A stretch of DNA of 64,000 nucleotides from Macrostomum lignano. Taxonomy: Eukaryota. The stretch lies in the NCBI GenBank assembly GCA_002269645.1, contig NIVC01002585.1, positions 17,279-81,278 on the forward strand. Reading direction: 5' to 3'. The translations under genes were made by a program, and so were the position numbers. Positions within the stretch are counted from its first letter, which is position 1, and each line of letters starts with the position of its first letter. The notes beneath the pieces are model-generated. The model had not been told where the DNA came from and did not search any database. It saw only the letters and a program-made list of their open reading frames with translations. Of this stretch, positions 1 through 11,008 are shown one piece after another.

Positions 1-960
1 CTAACAGGTGAACACTCCTATCTAACATGTGAACACTCCTATCTAACAGGTGAACACTCGTATCTAACAGGTGAACACTCCTATCTAACAGGTGAACACT
101 CCTATCTAACAGGTGAACACTCCTAACTAACAGGTGAACACTCCTATCTAACAGGTGAACACTCCTATCTAACAGGTGAACACTCCTATCTAACAGGTGA
201 ACACTCGTATCTAACAGGTGAACACTCCTATCTAACAGGTGAACACTCCTAACTAACAGGTGAACACTCCTATCTAACAGGTGAACACTCCTATCTAACA
301 GGTGAACACTCCTAACTAACAGGTGAACACTCGTATCTAACAGGTGAACACTCCTAACTAACAGGTGAACACTCCTATCTAACAGGTGAACACTCTTATC
401 TAACAGGTGAACACTCCTAACTAACAGGTGAACACTCCTATCTAACAGGTGAACACTCCTATCTAACAGGTGAACACTCCTATCTAACAGGTGAACACTC
501 CTATCTAACAGGTGAACACTCCTATCTAACAGGTGAACACTCCTATCTAACAGGTGAACACTCGTATCTAACAGGTGAACACTCCTTATCTAACAGGTGA
601 ACACTCCTATCTAACAGGTGAACACTCCTATCTAACAGGTGAACACTCCTATCTAACAGGTGAACACTCCTATCTAACAGGTGAACACTCCTATCTAACA
701 GGTGAACACTCCTATCTAACAGGTGAACACTCGTATCTAACAGGTGAACACTCCTTATCTAACAGGTGAACACTCCTATCTAACAGGTGAACACTCCTAT
801 CTAACAGGTGAACACTCCTATCTAACATGTGAACACTCCTATCTAACAGGTGAACACTCTTATCTAAATCTAACAGGTGAACACTCCTATCTAACAGGCG
901 AACACTCCTATCTAACAGGTGAACACTCCTATCTAACAGGTGAGCACTCCTACCTTGCAT
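1..960. repeat. 21-bp minisatellite (CTAACAGGTGAACACTCCTAT)n in an ANKAR-like intron, runs off the left edge
   Basis: About 45 near-identical 21-bp units are directly visible. The ORFs 575-769, 712-978 and 744-1070 are translations of this repeat. Confidence 0.97.
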
Positions 961-1055
961 CTGAACACTCCTTAGCAAAAGTTAGCAAAACGAAAATTGT
1001 GGTTAATTTTATCATCAAGCAAAACCGTGATGCGGTATATTCCTTATATTCCTAC

Positions 1056-4000
1056 CTGTATAAAATCTAGCAGAGTTTGAATGCCAATCATGGTTGCCAT
1101 GGTCCGGCGCTCAACGGGGTCGGCGCCAGCCAGGCGCCAAATTGCCAGGGCGCTGATCGCCTGATTCTCCTGCGATCTGGCGCGCTTCAAATGCGACAGC
1201 AACGGTAGGACAGCGCCGTCGCTTAGCAGAGAGCGCTGCGTGTCGGGGTTGCCGTCAACCAGGACTCGGAGGCAGTCGATGGCGGACTGTTGAAGGTCCT
1301 TCGATTTGGCCCGGCAGAGGAAGACAATGCTGGGGCCGGCGCCCGCCTCTACCAGACTGCACTGGTTGTCTGCGATGCGTTGGTGAATGGGTGTTGGTGA
1401 ATAGGTGTTGGTGAATAGGTGTTGGTGAATGGGTGTTGGTGAATGGGGTGTTGGTGAATGGTGTGTTGGTGAATGGTGTTTTGGTGAATGAGTGTTGGTG
1501 AATGGGTGTTGGGGAATGATGTGTTGGTGAATGGTGTGTTGGTTAATGATGTGTTGGTGAATGGTGTGTTGGTAAATGGTGTGTTGGTGAATGGGTGTTG
1601 GTGAATGGGGTGTTGGTGAATGGTGTGTTGGTGAATGGTGTGTTGGTGAATGGGGTGTTGGTGAATGGGGTGTTGGTGAATGGTGTGTTGGTGAATGATG
1701 TGTTAGTGAATGGGTGTTGGTGAATGAGTGTTGGTAAATGAGTGTTGGTGAATGAGTGTTGGTGAATGGGGTGTTGGTGAATAGGTGTTAGTGGATGAAT
1801 TTGGTGAATCGATGTTGGTGAATAGGGTGTTAGTGAATGGGTGTTGGTGAATGAGTGTTGGTGAATGAGTGTTGGTGAATGGGGTGTTGGTGAATAGGTG
1901 TTAGTGAATGAATTTGGTGAATCGATGTTGGTGAATAGGGTGTTAGTGAATGGGTGTTGGTGAATGAGTGTTAGTAAATGGACGTTGGTTAATTGGATAT
2001 TGACGTTAATGTTGGTGAAAGGTTACTAGCTAGTAGTTTAGTAAAAACGTTTTGGTAATCGGCAATATTTAATAGTTGTTAGTTGTTTAAAATGTCCTGC
2101 TAAATGAGTGCTGGTTAAAATGTGTTTTGTGAATAGATATTGGTGAATAGGTTGCTGAATGAAGCAGCAGTGACTATAGATTCTGAATCAATGACCAACA
2201 GTCACCTCGATGACCCTCAGCCAGAGACGCGACGCAGTGGGTGAGGGCGAACAGCAGGCCTTTGTGCAGGCACGGCTGTCCGTCGGAGCTGCGTCGATAG
2301 AACGACACCAACTGTCGAATGTTGGTCGGCTCTTTGTTCACCTGCGACTGGTGACTGGGGTTGCCCTGCGCGGTTGGTGGGTTTTGGTTATCATTAGCGC
2401 AGACGTTCAGTGATATTAGGGACTGCTTTCTGTGAATTTGTAATTAAAATGTTTTTGGAGAGAGAAAGAACTTTTGGCGCCTTTGGAACTGAACTTTTGG
2501 CGCCTCTGAAACTGAACTTTTGGCGCCTCTGAAACTGAACTTTTGGCGCCTCTGAAACTGAACTTTTGGCGCCTCTGAAACTGAACTTTTGGCGCCTCTG
2601 AAACTGAACTTTTGGCGCCTCTGAAACTGAACTTTTGGCGCCTCTGAAACTGAACTTTTGGCGCCTCTGAAACTGAACTTTTGGCGCCTTTGGAACTGAA
2701 CTTTTGGCGCCTCTGGAACTGAACTTTTGGCGCCTCTGAACTGAACTTTTGGCGCCTCTGAAACTGAACTTTTGGCGCCTTTGGAACTGAACTTTTGGCG
2801 CCTCTGAAACTGAACTTTTGGCGCCTCTGAAATTGAACTTTTGGCGCCTCTGGAACTGAACTTTTGGCACCTCTGGAACTGAACTTTTGGCGCCTCTGAA
2901 ACTGAACTTTTGGCGCCTTTGGAACTGAACTTTTGGCGCCTCTGAAACTGAACTTTTGGCGCCTCTGAAACTGAACTTTTGGCGCCTCTGAAACTGAACT
3001 TTTGGCGCCTCTGAAACTGAACTTTTGGCGCCTCTGAAACTGAACATTTGGCGCCTCTGGAACTGAACTTTTGGCGCCTCTGGAACTGAACTTTTGGCGC
3101 CTCTGGAACTGAACTTTTGGCGCCTCTGAAACTGAACTTTTGGCACCTCTGAAACTGAACTTTTGGCGCCTCTGAAACTGAACTTTTGGCGCCTCTGAAA
3201 CTGAACATTTGGCGCCTCTGGAACTGAACTTTTGGCGCCTCTGGAACTGAACTTTTGGCGCCTCTGAAACTGAACTTTTGGCACCTCTGAAACTGAACTT
3301 TTGGCGCCTCTGAAACTGAACTTTTGTCGCTTCTGGAGCTGAAGTTTTGGCGCCTCAGGAACTGAAATTTTTGGCGCCATTGGAACCAACACTAAATCTA
3401 AGATATAGCTAAAACAAACCTTAACCATAGCTCCGATAGCTTCAACAACTTCGGCCAGAGCGTCCGGTTCGGATTCTCCGGACAGCAGGCCGAGACAGCG
3501 GCACAGGGCGCCCAGACCGCCAGCTTTCACGCAGACGCTGGCCTGCTCGGGACGCGAGCTGCTCAACAGTCGGTACAGACGGCCGAGCATCCGCATCAGA
3601 GCCGGAGCATTCCACGAACTGTTGCCGGCACTGTTGGCTGCCGCGGTGGTGTCAACCAGACGATTTAAAACTGTCAGAGCGTCGGGATGCGCCAGTATCG
3701 CCGATTGCACAGCGGGGGCCGGGGTCAGATGGAGCAGCAGTCGGAAGCTGGTCAGCTTGGCTCGAGTGTCGATGTCATTTTTCAACGACGCAATCACAGC
3801 CGGTACGACGCCGTTGGATAGGGCCGCCTCCCAGTGCCGGCTCACGCTGCCGTCTGCCCGCTCCTGCGGCGTGGTGGGTGTTGATAGTGGCACTTAAATG
3901 TGTGTGAATGTGGCATTTGTATCTGTGTGAATGTGGCACTTGTATCTGTGTGAATGTGGCACTTAAATGTGTGTAAATGTGGCATTCAAATGTCTGTGAA

Positions 4001-7000
4001 TGTGGCACTTAAATGTCTGTGAATGTGGCACTTGTATCTGTGTGAATGTGGCACTTGTATCTGTGTGAATGTGGCACTTAAATGTGTGTAAATGTGGCAT
4101 TCAAATGTCTGTGAATGTGGCACTTAAATGTCTGTGAATGTGGCACTTGTATCTGTGTGAATGTGGCATTTAAATGTGTCTGAATGTGGCACTCAAATGT
4201 TTGTGAATGTGGCACTTAATGTTTGTGAATTTGGCACTTTCTGTTACTATCCCTGTCACTCTATGTCACTCTTGTCACTCTTTCAGTCATCTTTGTCACC
4301 CTCTGTCACTCTCTCAGTCATCTCTATCACTATCTCTGACAAAATCTTAGTCTCACTTAGTCACTTTCTCTGTCACTATTTTTAGTCACGCTCTCAGTCA
4401 TCTCCGTCACTATTTTAGTACTTATGTCACTATCTCGGTCAATATCTCAGTCTCGCTTTGTCACACTCTCTCTCTCTATCTCTCTCTCTCTCTCTCTCTC
4501 TCCCTCTCTGTAACTATCTCTGTCACTCTCTCAATCACTTAATTGCAGTCACTCAGTTTCAACCCAATGCCTCACCTGCAGCAGCGGTTTCAAGCACCTG
4601 GCTGCAGTGTGCACATCGTCCTCAGCCAGAGAGGCCAGCAGTTTAAACAGGGTTGGCCACGGCTGCAGCTTGGGAGAGTTCAGCGTCACAAAATAGTCCA
4701 CAATATCCGTGTGCCCCTCCGCTGCCGCGAGTTCAACAGCATTCAGTCCCTGAGCAGTGGTGGCGTCCAGCTGAGATCCCAGGTCGGTCAGCAGCTTGAC
4801 AGCCGTGATTTGGCCATATTTGACGGCAACAAGAAAAGCGGTGAACTTGTACTCATCTTGGGTCTCCAGTTCCAGTTGGTTGCGGTTTGTCTGCACAAAT
4901 TTCTCAATTGATTTGAGCAGGGATCGCTGGGCCGATTGGTGAATTGGAGCGTAGCCGTGTTCGTCGTACTCATTCATTGTGGCGTAATATTCGCGAATGT
5001 TGCGCAGTGTGTTGGCGTTAAATAAGTTCTTGGTGTTCTTCGCCACCAGAACCTGGGTGGCGCTGCAGTAAAAGGAGATAACACTCGCATTAGATTAATT
5101 AATGATTACACCTACCCTAATTGGGCCAGATGTGCAACCGACAGCTCAGCCGCAGCTATTGCGCGGCGCATCTGAAGGCTGCGTACGGCTGTTCAGTCCA
5201 AGGACTGGGGGGGTCGCCACACACCCTCAATTACCGCAGCTAATGCTGGCACCCATTTTACAGCTGGGTGAACTGAAGCAATGCAGAGTTAAGTGTCTTG
5301 CTCAAGGACACAAATTGTTCCAGTAGAATCGGGAATCGAACCCCCGATCTTCAAGTCGTAAGTCCGACGTTCTTAACCACTAGGCTACAACCCCCTATTC
5401 GATTAACAAAGAACAAGTCCGTCAAATGAGTTGCTGTGGCAGAGTCTGACTTTCGGGCCACGACCCCTTGATTTAATTCCGTGGCTTGCATGTGCTCAGG
5501 GGTGAGCGGAATGGGAAGAATTGCCGTCAGCACTGGCTGTGGGATGATTCTGCCAAAGGAATTATTGTTATTATTGCAGAGGTGCACACTCTGTGCCCAT
5601 ACAACCAAGGTGAACCAAAGCCTGTGTATTTTCAGGGGCGTAGCCAGGAATTTTGATTGGGGGGGGGCGTGAGTTAGGGGGCGCCAGCTTCTTATAGGGG
5701 GGGGGGGGCGCCAGTTTCTTTTAGGGGGGGGGCGCCAGTTTCTTTTAGGGGGACGCCAGTTTCTTTTAGGGGGCGCCAGTTTCTTTTAGGAGGGGGGCGC
5801 CAGTTTCTTTTAGGGGGCGCCAGTTTCTTTTAGGAGGGGGCGCCAGTTTCTTTTAGGGGGGCGCCAGTTTCTTTTAGGAGGGGGGCGCCAGTTTCTTTTA
5901 GGGGGGGCGCCAGTTTCTTATAGGGGGCGCCAGTTTCTTTTAGTGGGGGCGCCAGTTTCTTTTAGGGGGCGCCAGTTTCTTTTAGGGGGACGCCAGTTTC
6001 TTTTAGGGGGACGCTAGTTTCTTTTAGTGGGGGCGCCAGTTTCTTTTAGGGGGCGCCAGTTTCTTTTAGGGGGCGCCAGTTTCTTTTAGGGGGACGCCAG
6101 TTTCTTTTAGGGGGCGCCAGTTTCTTTTAGGGGGCGCCAGCTTCTTTTAGGGGGACGCCAGTTTCTTTTAGGGGGCGCCAGTTTCTTTTAGGGGGCGCCA
6201 GCTTCTTTTAGGGGGCGCCAGTTTCTTTTAGGAGGGGGGCGCCAGTTTCTTTTAGGGGGGCGCCAGTTTCTTATAGGGGGCGCCAGTTTCTTTTAGGGGG
6301 ACGCCAGTTTCTTTTAGGGGGCGCCAGTTTCTTTTAGGAGGGGGCGCCAGTTTCTTTTAGGGGGGCGCCAGTTTCTTTTAGGAGGGGGGCGCCAGTTTCT
6401 TTTAGGGGGGGCGCCAGTTTCTTATAGGGGGCGCCAGTTTCTTTTAGTGGGGGCGCCAGTTTCTTTTAGGGGGCGCCAGTTTCTTTTAGGGGGACGCCAG
6501 TTTCTTTTAGGGGGACGCTAGTTTCTTTTAGTGGGGGCGCCAGTTTCTTTTAGGGGGCGCCAGTTTCTTTTAGGGGGCGCCAGTTTCTTTTAGGGGGACG
6601 CCAGTTTCTTTTAGGGGGCGCCAGTTTCTTTTAGGGGGCGCCAGCTTCTTTTAGGGGGACGCCAGTTTCTTTTAGGGGGCGCCAGTTTCTTTTAGGGGGC
6701 GCCAGCTTCTTTTAGGGGGCGCCAGTTTCTTTTAGTGGGGGCGCCAGTTTCTTTTAGGGGGGGGGCGCCGGTTTCTTTTAGGTGGAGGGGGCGCCAAGGC
6801 CAGAGTTGGTGATTATGGGGGGGCCACGGCCCCCCTTGCCCCCCCCCTCTGGCTACGCCCCTGTGTATTTTAGCGCTATTTTATAGCATATAAAAGATAT
6901 TAAAGTGAACCGAAGTTCATTTGCTTCCCGGCTAAAAAAACGCTCTAAAATATCAATAACAGATTTTAGAATTGAAAAAGAAAGTTGAACAAAGCAGACA

Positions 7001-7110
7001 GACTTTTTGTGGGCAGCTTACATGTTTTTAAACATTTCCTTGCCAGCGAGGCGTTTCTTTAGCATGCTGTTGCTAATTGAGTTGGATTTTAAATAGTCGA
7101 CTTGATAAAC
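1056..7110 (-). CDS. ANKAR: Ankyrin and armadillo repeat-containing protein (ANKAR-like), 5' portion; gene continues beyond the left edge
   Basis: Phase-consistent GT-AG exons (minus): 7110-7022 (possible ATG at 7065), 5062-4576, 3863-3420, 2365-2206, 1369-1056. They give ankyrin repeats (GYAPIHQSAQ..., FTAFLVAVKYGQITAVKLLTDLGS, GLNAVELAAAEGHTDIVDYF) followed by ARM repeats (NQCSLVEAGAGPSIVFL...ISALAIWRLAGADPVERRTMATMIG), the ANKAR domain order. The true start codon is uncertain. Confidence 0.8.
1381..1985. repeat. ~14-16-bp minisatellite (GGTGAATGGGTGTT)n, intronic
   Basis: Visible tandem array that starts about 10 bp from the acceptor of the 1369-1056 exon. Confidence 0.93.
2468..3382. repeat. 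23-bp minisatellite (AACTTTTGGCGCCTCTGAAACTG)n, intronic
   Basis: Visible tandem array between ANKAR-like exons 3420 and 2365. It accounts for the spurious K/R-rich tail of ORF 2394-3893. Confidence 0.95.
3890..4235. repeat. ~20-21-bp minisatellite (GTGTGAATGTGGCACTTAAAT / ...TTGTATCT)n
   Basis: Visible tandem array in the ANKAR-like intron. Confidence 0.9.
4240..4555. repeat. Degenerate GTCACT-rich repeat with (CT)n microsatellite
   Basis: Repeated GTCACT/CTCTC motifs, with a CT run at about 4466-4508. Confidence 0.8.
5130..5394 (-). mobile_element. tRNA-derived SINE with CORE-like central domain (copy 1)
   Basis: The minus strand has a tRNA-like head with A box (TAGTGG) and B box (GGTTCGATTCCC). 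It is followed by GTGTCCTTGAGCAAGACACTTAACTC...CAGCTGTAAAATGGG, resembling the MIR/CORE domain. It is near-identical to the copy at 21171-21460. Confidence 0.85.
5633..6863. mobile_element. hAT-type MITE whose interior is a ~20-22-bp GGGGGCGCCAGTTTCTTTTA tandem array
   Basis: Perfect 15-bp TIRs CAGGGGCGTAGCCAG (5633-5647) / CTGGCTACGCCCCTG (6849-6863). Perfect 8-bp TSD TGTATTTT at 5625-5632 and 6864-6871. Confidence 0.92.
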
Positions 7111-7718
7111 CTGATATAACCTACGCAGCTTAGGTGTATGTAGCTTTGCAAGTCCAGAACTATCTGAAATTTATACCCCAGATAGTTATGGCAGGCCGCC
7201 CCCATCTCAGCAATGCTGAATACTCAATCGCGTACTTGAGTTGCACGTAGGCACAGCTCAGCATTTGCAGAACTCAAAGGCAAGGATAGAGAGATAGGGA
7301 AGAAGACAGAACAGCCACGCGATCAACCCATGCAACCACATTTTCTGCAGACAGCGCGCCATTATCGAGCCCTGACTCCCAGCGTGTTTCTTTCCAAAAT
7401 TTCCTACCCCATCCCGATCCCAGTCTCTTAAGCTCTATCTCTGGAGCGAGGCTTAATAGAGTGAAATTAGAAGTCACGCTGTACCTGTTGGGGGGGTGCG
7501 TGCATTCTCGCGGGTTCATGATGCTGGACTCTTTTTCTCCTGTGCAAATTATCCCTGAGCCCCGGAATCTCTCACTCGGGCTTCTTCAGCCACCCCTGCC
7601 GCTGGCCAAGGCCACTACAGAATTAAACAATGGAGAGAGGAGAGGGGGAAGCAGCCAACCCACTCAAAAATAAAGCATCCCCATCCTACAAAACAACGCG
7701 TGCCTTTGTCTCTCGATG

Positions 7719-7733
7719 GTTGCCCATGGCAAC
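7719..7733. promoter_or_regulatory. RFX X-box-like palindrome upstream of the ANKAR-like gene
   Basis: GTTGCC-CAT-GGCAAC matches the X-box consensus GTNRCC(N0-3)RGYAAC. A further GGCAAC half-site follows at about 7740. Confidence 0.6.
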
Positions 7734-9514
7734 CGCAAGGGCAACTGCAAGCTAAACCGACTACTGCATTGAATGATCATGCTTTCCTATAAAAAACTGT
7801 TTAGAATGCACAAGAGAGGAAAGAGAGGAAGAGAGGGAGAAGTATTTAGGAAAGGGGGAACGAAGAAGCGGGAATTTACTTCGCGTGGCAAAATTCCTAA
7901 AGAAGCCGTAGGCTTGTTATTTTCTCTTTGTACCAGCTCAGTCAGTTTGGTCAAGAATAACAAACTGGCTGGCATAATAAACGCATTCAATAATTTTTTT
8001 GCATCTGTAATAGCCTACGATGGATTAAGCGGTAAGAATTTTATCATATTATTTTTATTTTGAAATAAAATGCTTTTTAGAAAGATTGGAAACGAAATTT
8101 TGACCCATGAAATGTTAAGGCTTTCTAGTTGATATCTAAAACTGCGTCATGATTTAAAGTTAAATTTAAAGAAAAAAAGAATTCACAACGGTAACGCTAA
8201 TACTTATTAAGCCACTATAAAATGATTAAAACTCAAACTAAACTACTATTAGCAATATTGCAAGGTCATAGGTGCCTAGCTTACTCAAATCGTTAATTAT
8301 GGCAAAATTTAGGCTATCACGCTATCTCTAACTAGTTAAAAGTAACCTTGTACTGTGTACATAACTATTACGAGTACATTTAATTCTTACTTTTGTGAAT
8401 TTTCGCATTTTCTATAAAAACAAAAACTAGTGCCTATTCTTACTATGTGTACTTGCAGAACTACATGTATTTATCAAAGTATGAATATACAGTTAGAAGA
8501 TTGATATCATTGCAATAAGATCTAAGTCTGATAAAATATATGCCACTTTTCAACCAAATAAAGCAGAACAATAAGATGTCACTCATAGTTTTAGTGAAAG
8601 TGCTAATACTAAACAGTTCTAATTATTTTTTGTGTTTTTATATCATATAAATAGTTAGTTTAGAAAAATGAAGCAAATTAGTATGAGTGTATTCAAAAGA
8701 ACTTTCTCAAGATTACAAATTTATCGAAGGAAACAAAGCTTAATTGTACTGCATTTTAACTGTGAAAGTTGATATGTTTGTCAAAATCATTTAATATAAA
8801 ATAAAGTATGACTATAACTTGTATATTAGCAGAGCACCATAAGCAACGCAACCAATAAATTTGGAGCAAAATCCAAAAAATATTCCTGAAAAACATGTAT
8901 TTATTTCTATATACTTATTATATTAATTTATATATATATAATCAAAGCTTATTAATAGATATAGATATTGATTAAGCGAGCAACTTTACCACAGTTATAT
9001 ATCTACATTTATATCCTAAATTATAATCCTGATGTATATAACCAATTCGATTCACTATTTTCCAGTTTTCTATTGTTATTTTTAATTCAACACTCCAGTA
9101 GACCAAAGATAAACGAAAATATAAATATTCTTTAAATGTTTGATTCTGCAGACATATTTAATAAACGGTAACTCTAAGTATACTTTAAGTAGATTTATTA
9201 ATAGTAACTATACATAAATATTAACCGACAATGCTTGATACTGACACACAAATAAATTTAATTAAATAACCTTGACGAAGTTAAATTCGCCTAGGAATCA
9301 ACCAACGCTAGAAACTATTAAAACAAACAAAGTAGCTTAAAGTATTAAGAAAGACTTTTGGCAGATATTGTACGTTATTCAGTACAAAAAAATTGTGCTA
9401 AATTTATTGGACCTGTCAAAAGAATATTTTACCAGTCATACGCATGTCAGATACGGACTACATATGCCATAACTCAATCACAGATACTTCAACGGTGGAA
9501 GGGGGTGAGAGGTT

Positions 9515-9737
9515 CAGAGTCGGGTTTAGAAATAAAAAATGGGGGCGGATTTTAACCATGAATGGGAGCTCCATAATATACAGTATGAAGGCCAGGGGCG
9601 CCATACCATATAGAGGGAGCCACTGAGCAAACTATGGGCATGCTGCAATTGAGGAGGACCTTATAGGGCAAAGGAAAAGGGGAGCCATCATCGCCAGCCA
9701 CAAGGGAGAACAGCCGCCCCCTCTAAATCCGTCACTG
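9515..9737. mobile_element. Small degenerate hAT-type MITE
   Basis: Imperfect TIRs CAGAGTCGGGTTTAGA / TCTAAATCCGTCACTG (13/16). Flanking 8-mers GAGAGGTT / ATGAGGTT (6/8) form a decayed TSD. Confidence 0.6.
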
Positions 9738-10274
9738 ATGAGGTTCGCTCAGTTTTTGATCTACATGCATGTACTGCATGCAAAGATTTGGTTGAGTCAA
9801 ATAATTGATTTATGATTTTATGGTCGCGCAGCATAAAGCTAATTACGAGAGTACATGTATACCCTACTCTCCTTGCATGGATAAATCATGGATGAAGCAT
9901 CCATGATGCCATGTATGGATCATACCTGAACATGTATGGAGCCATACCTGATCATACATGGTTCCACGTAAACTTCATCCATGGTTACTTTCCATCCATG
10001 TACATTGATGTATGATTTTAAATATAATTTTCCTTACTACACTACTGTTAGTAGAACGCAATGTTTGCGTAGGTTCATTTTAAAGCTGAAATTTTCTAAA
10101 CAAATTCGGCAGCATCTTTAGTGCTGCTGAGAAATATGTTTCCATTCCCTTATAAATCACTTTCAAAACAAAAAAGTATCAGAACAAATACTTATGCAAT
10201 TAAATGTAGAAGTAATTGAAAACTCGTATGATGACCATTTCGAGACTTATATTATTAATGATAATTAGGCATAA

Positions 10275-10682
10275 TTCATTTCAAAGTACTGTAAGAAAAA
10301 ATAAGACAGCTCAGTCTCAGAGAGCTTTAAAATACAGAATGGACAGAATTTGACGCATTTCAAGGTACTGTAAGAAAAAATAAGACAGCTCAGAGAGCTT
10401 TAAAATACAGAATAGACAGAATTTGACGCATTTCAAGGTACTGTAAGAAAAAATAAAACAGCTCAGAGAGCTTTAAAATACAGAATAGACAGAATTTGAC
10501 GCATTTCAAGGTACTGTAAGAAAAATAAAACAGCTCAGAGAGCTTTAAGATACAGAATAGACAGAATTTGACGCATTTCAAGGTACTGTAAGAAAAAATA
10601 AAACAGCTCAGAGAGCTTTAAGATACAGAATAGACAGAATTTGACGCATTTCAAGGTACTGTAAGAAAAAATAAAACAGTAA
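10275..10682. repeat. 72-73-bp tandem repeat (~5.5 copies) inside the EnSpm element, downstream of the transposase
   Basis: Unit TTTCAAGGTACTGTAAGAAAAAATAAAACAGCTCAGAGAGCTTTAAAATACAGAATAGACAGAATTTGACGCA, with starts at 10431, 10504 and 10576. Confidence 0.93.
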
Positions 10683-11008
10683 ATTTTACTGAACAGTCAA
10701 TAAATAGAATTAGCCGAATTCGGTACGCATTAAGGGCAAGGGCCGACTAATCCTTTACGAAACGAAGTTAATGCTGCATTAGTCAATTATTTGCGCACAG
10801 AAACTTGGAGATTTTGAATATGGAGAGATCGGACAAAGAGAGGTAACGGTGGGAGTCTGAGAGGGAGGAAGTTGGGCATCTGGAAAGTTATTCTGATTCC
10901 CTGATGGTTTTATCTTGGTCATGGAGCATAATTTTATTTTCTGCCAGACTTTGCAGCATTAATAATAAAATAATCGGATCTAAGGTACGGACACATACTC
11001 GTACCTTT

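Noticed and set aside
2400-3410. MITE frame around the 23-bp GGCGCC array
   Set aside because: No convincing TIR pair or 8-bp TSD could be found in the flanks.
2394-3420. K/R-rich repeat protein in ORFs 2394-3893 and 2444-3208
   Set aside because: It lies beyond a canonical donor at 3420 and is the translation of a 23-bp intronic array that is open in several frames.
5320-5394. tRNA gene (also 21171-21240, 40437-40483, 52716-52785)
   Set aside because: The tRNA-like part lacks a good acceptor stem and runs into a shared SINE body. These are SINE heads.
5351-5608. Additional ANKAR-like exon
   Set aside because: Exons 7022 and 5062 already join in phase. This ORF runs into the SINE and has no convincing donor.
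10275-10682. CRISPR-like array
   Set aside because: The units are contiguous with no unique spacers, no cas genes are present, and the context is eukaryotic, inside a DNA transposon.
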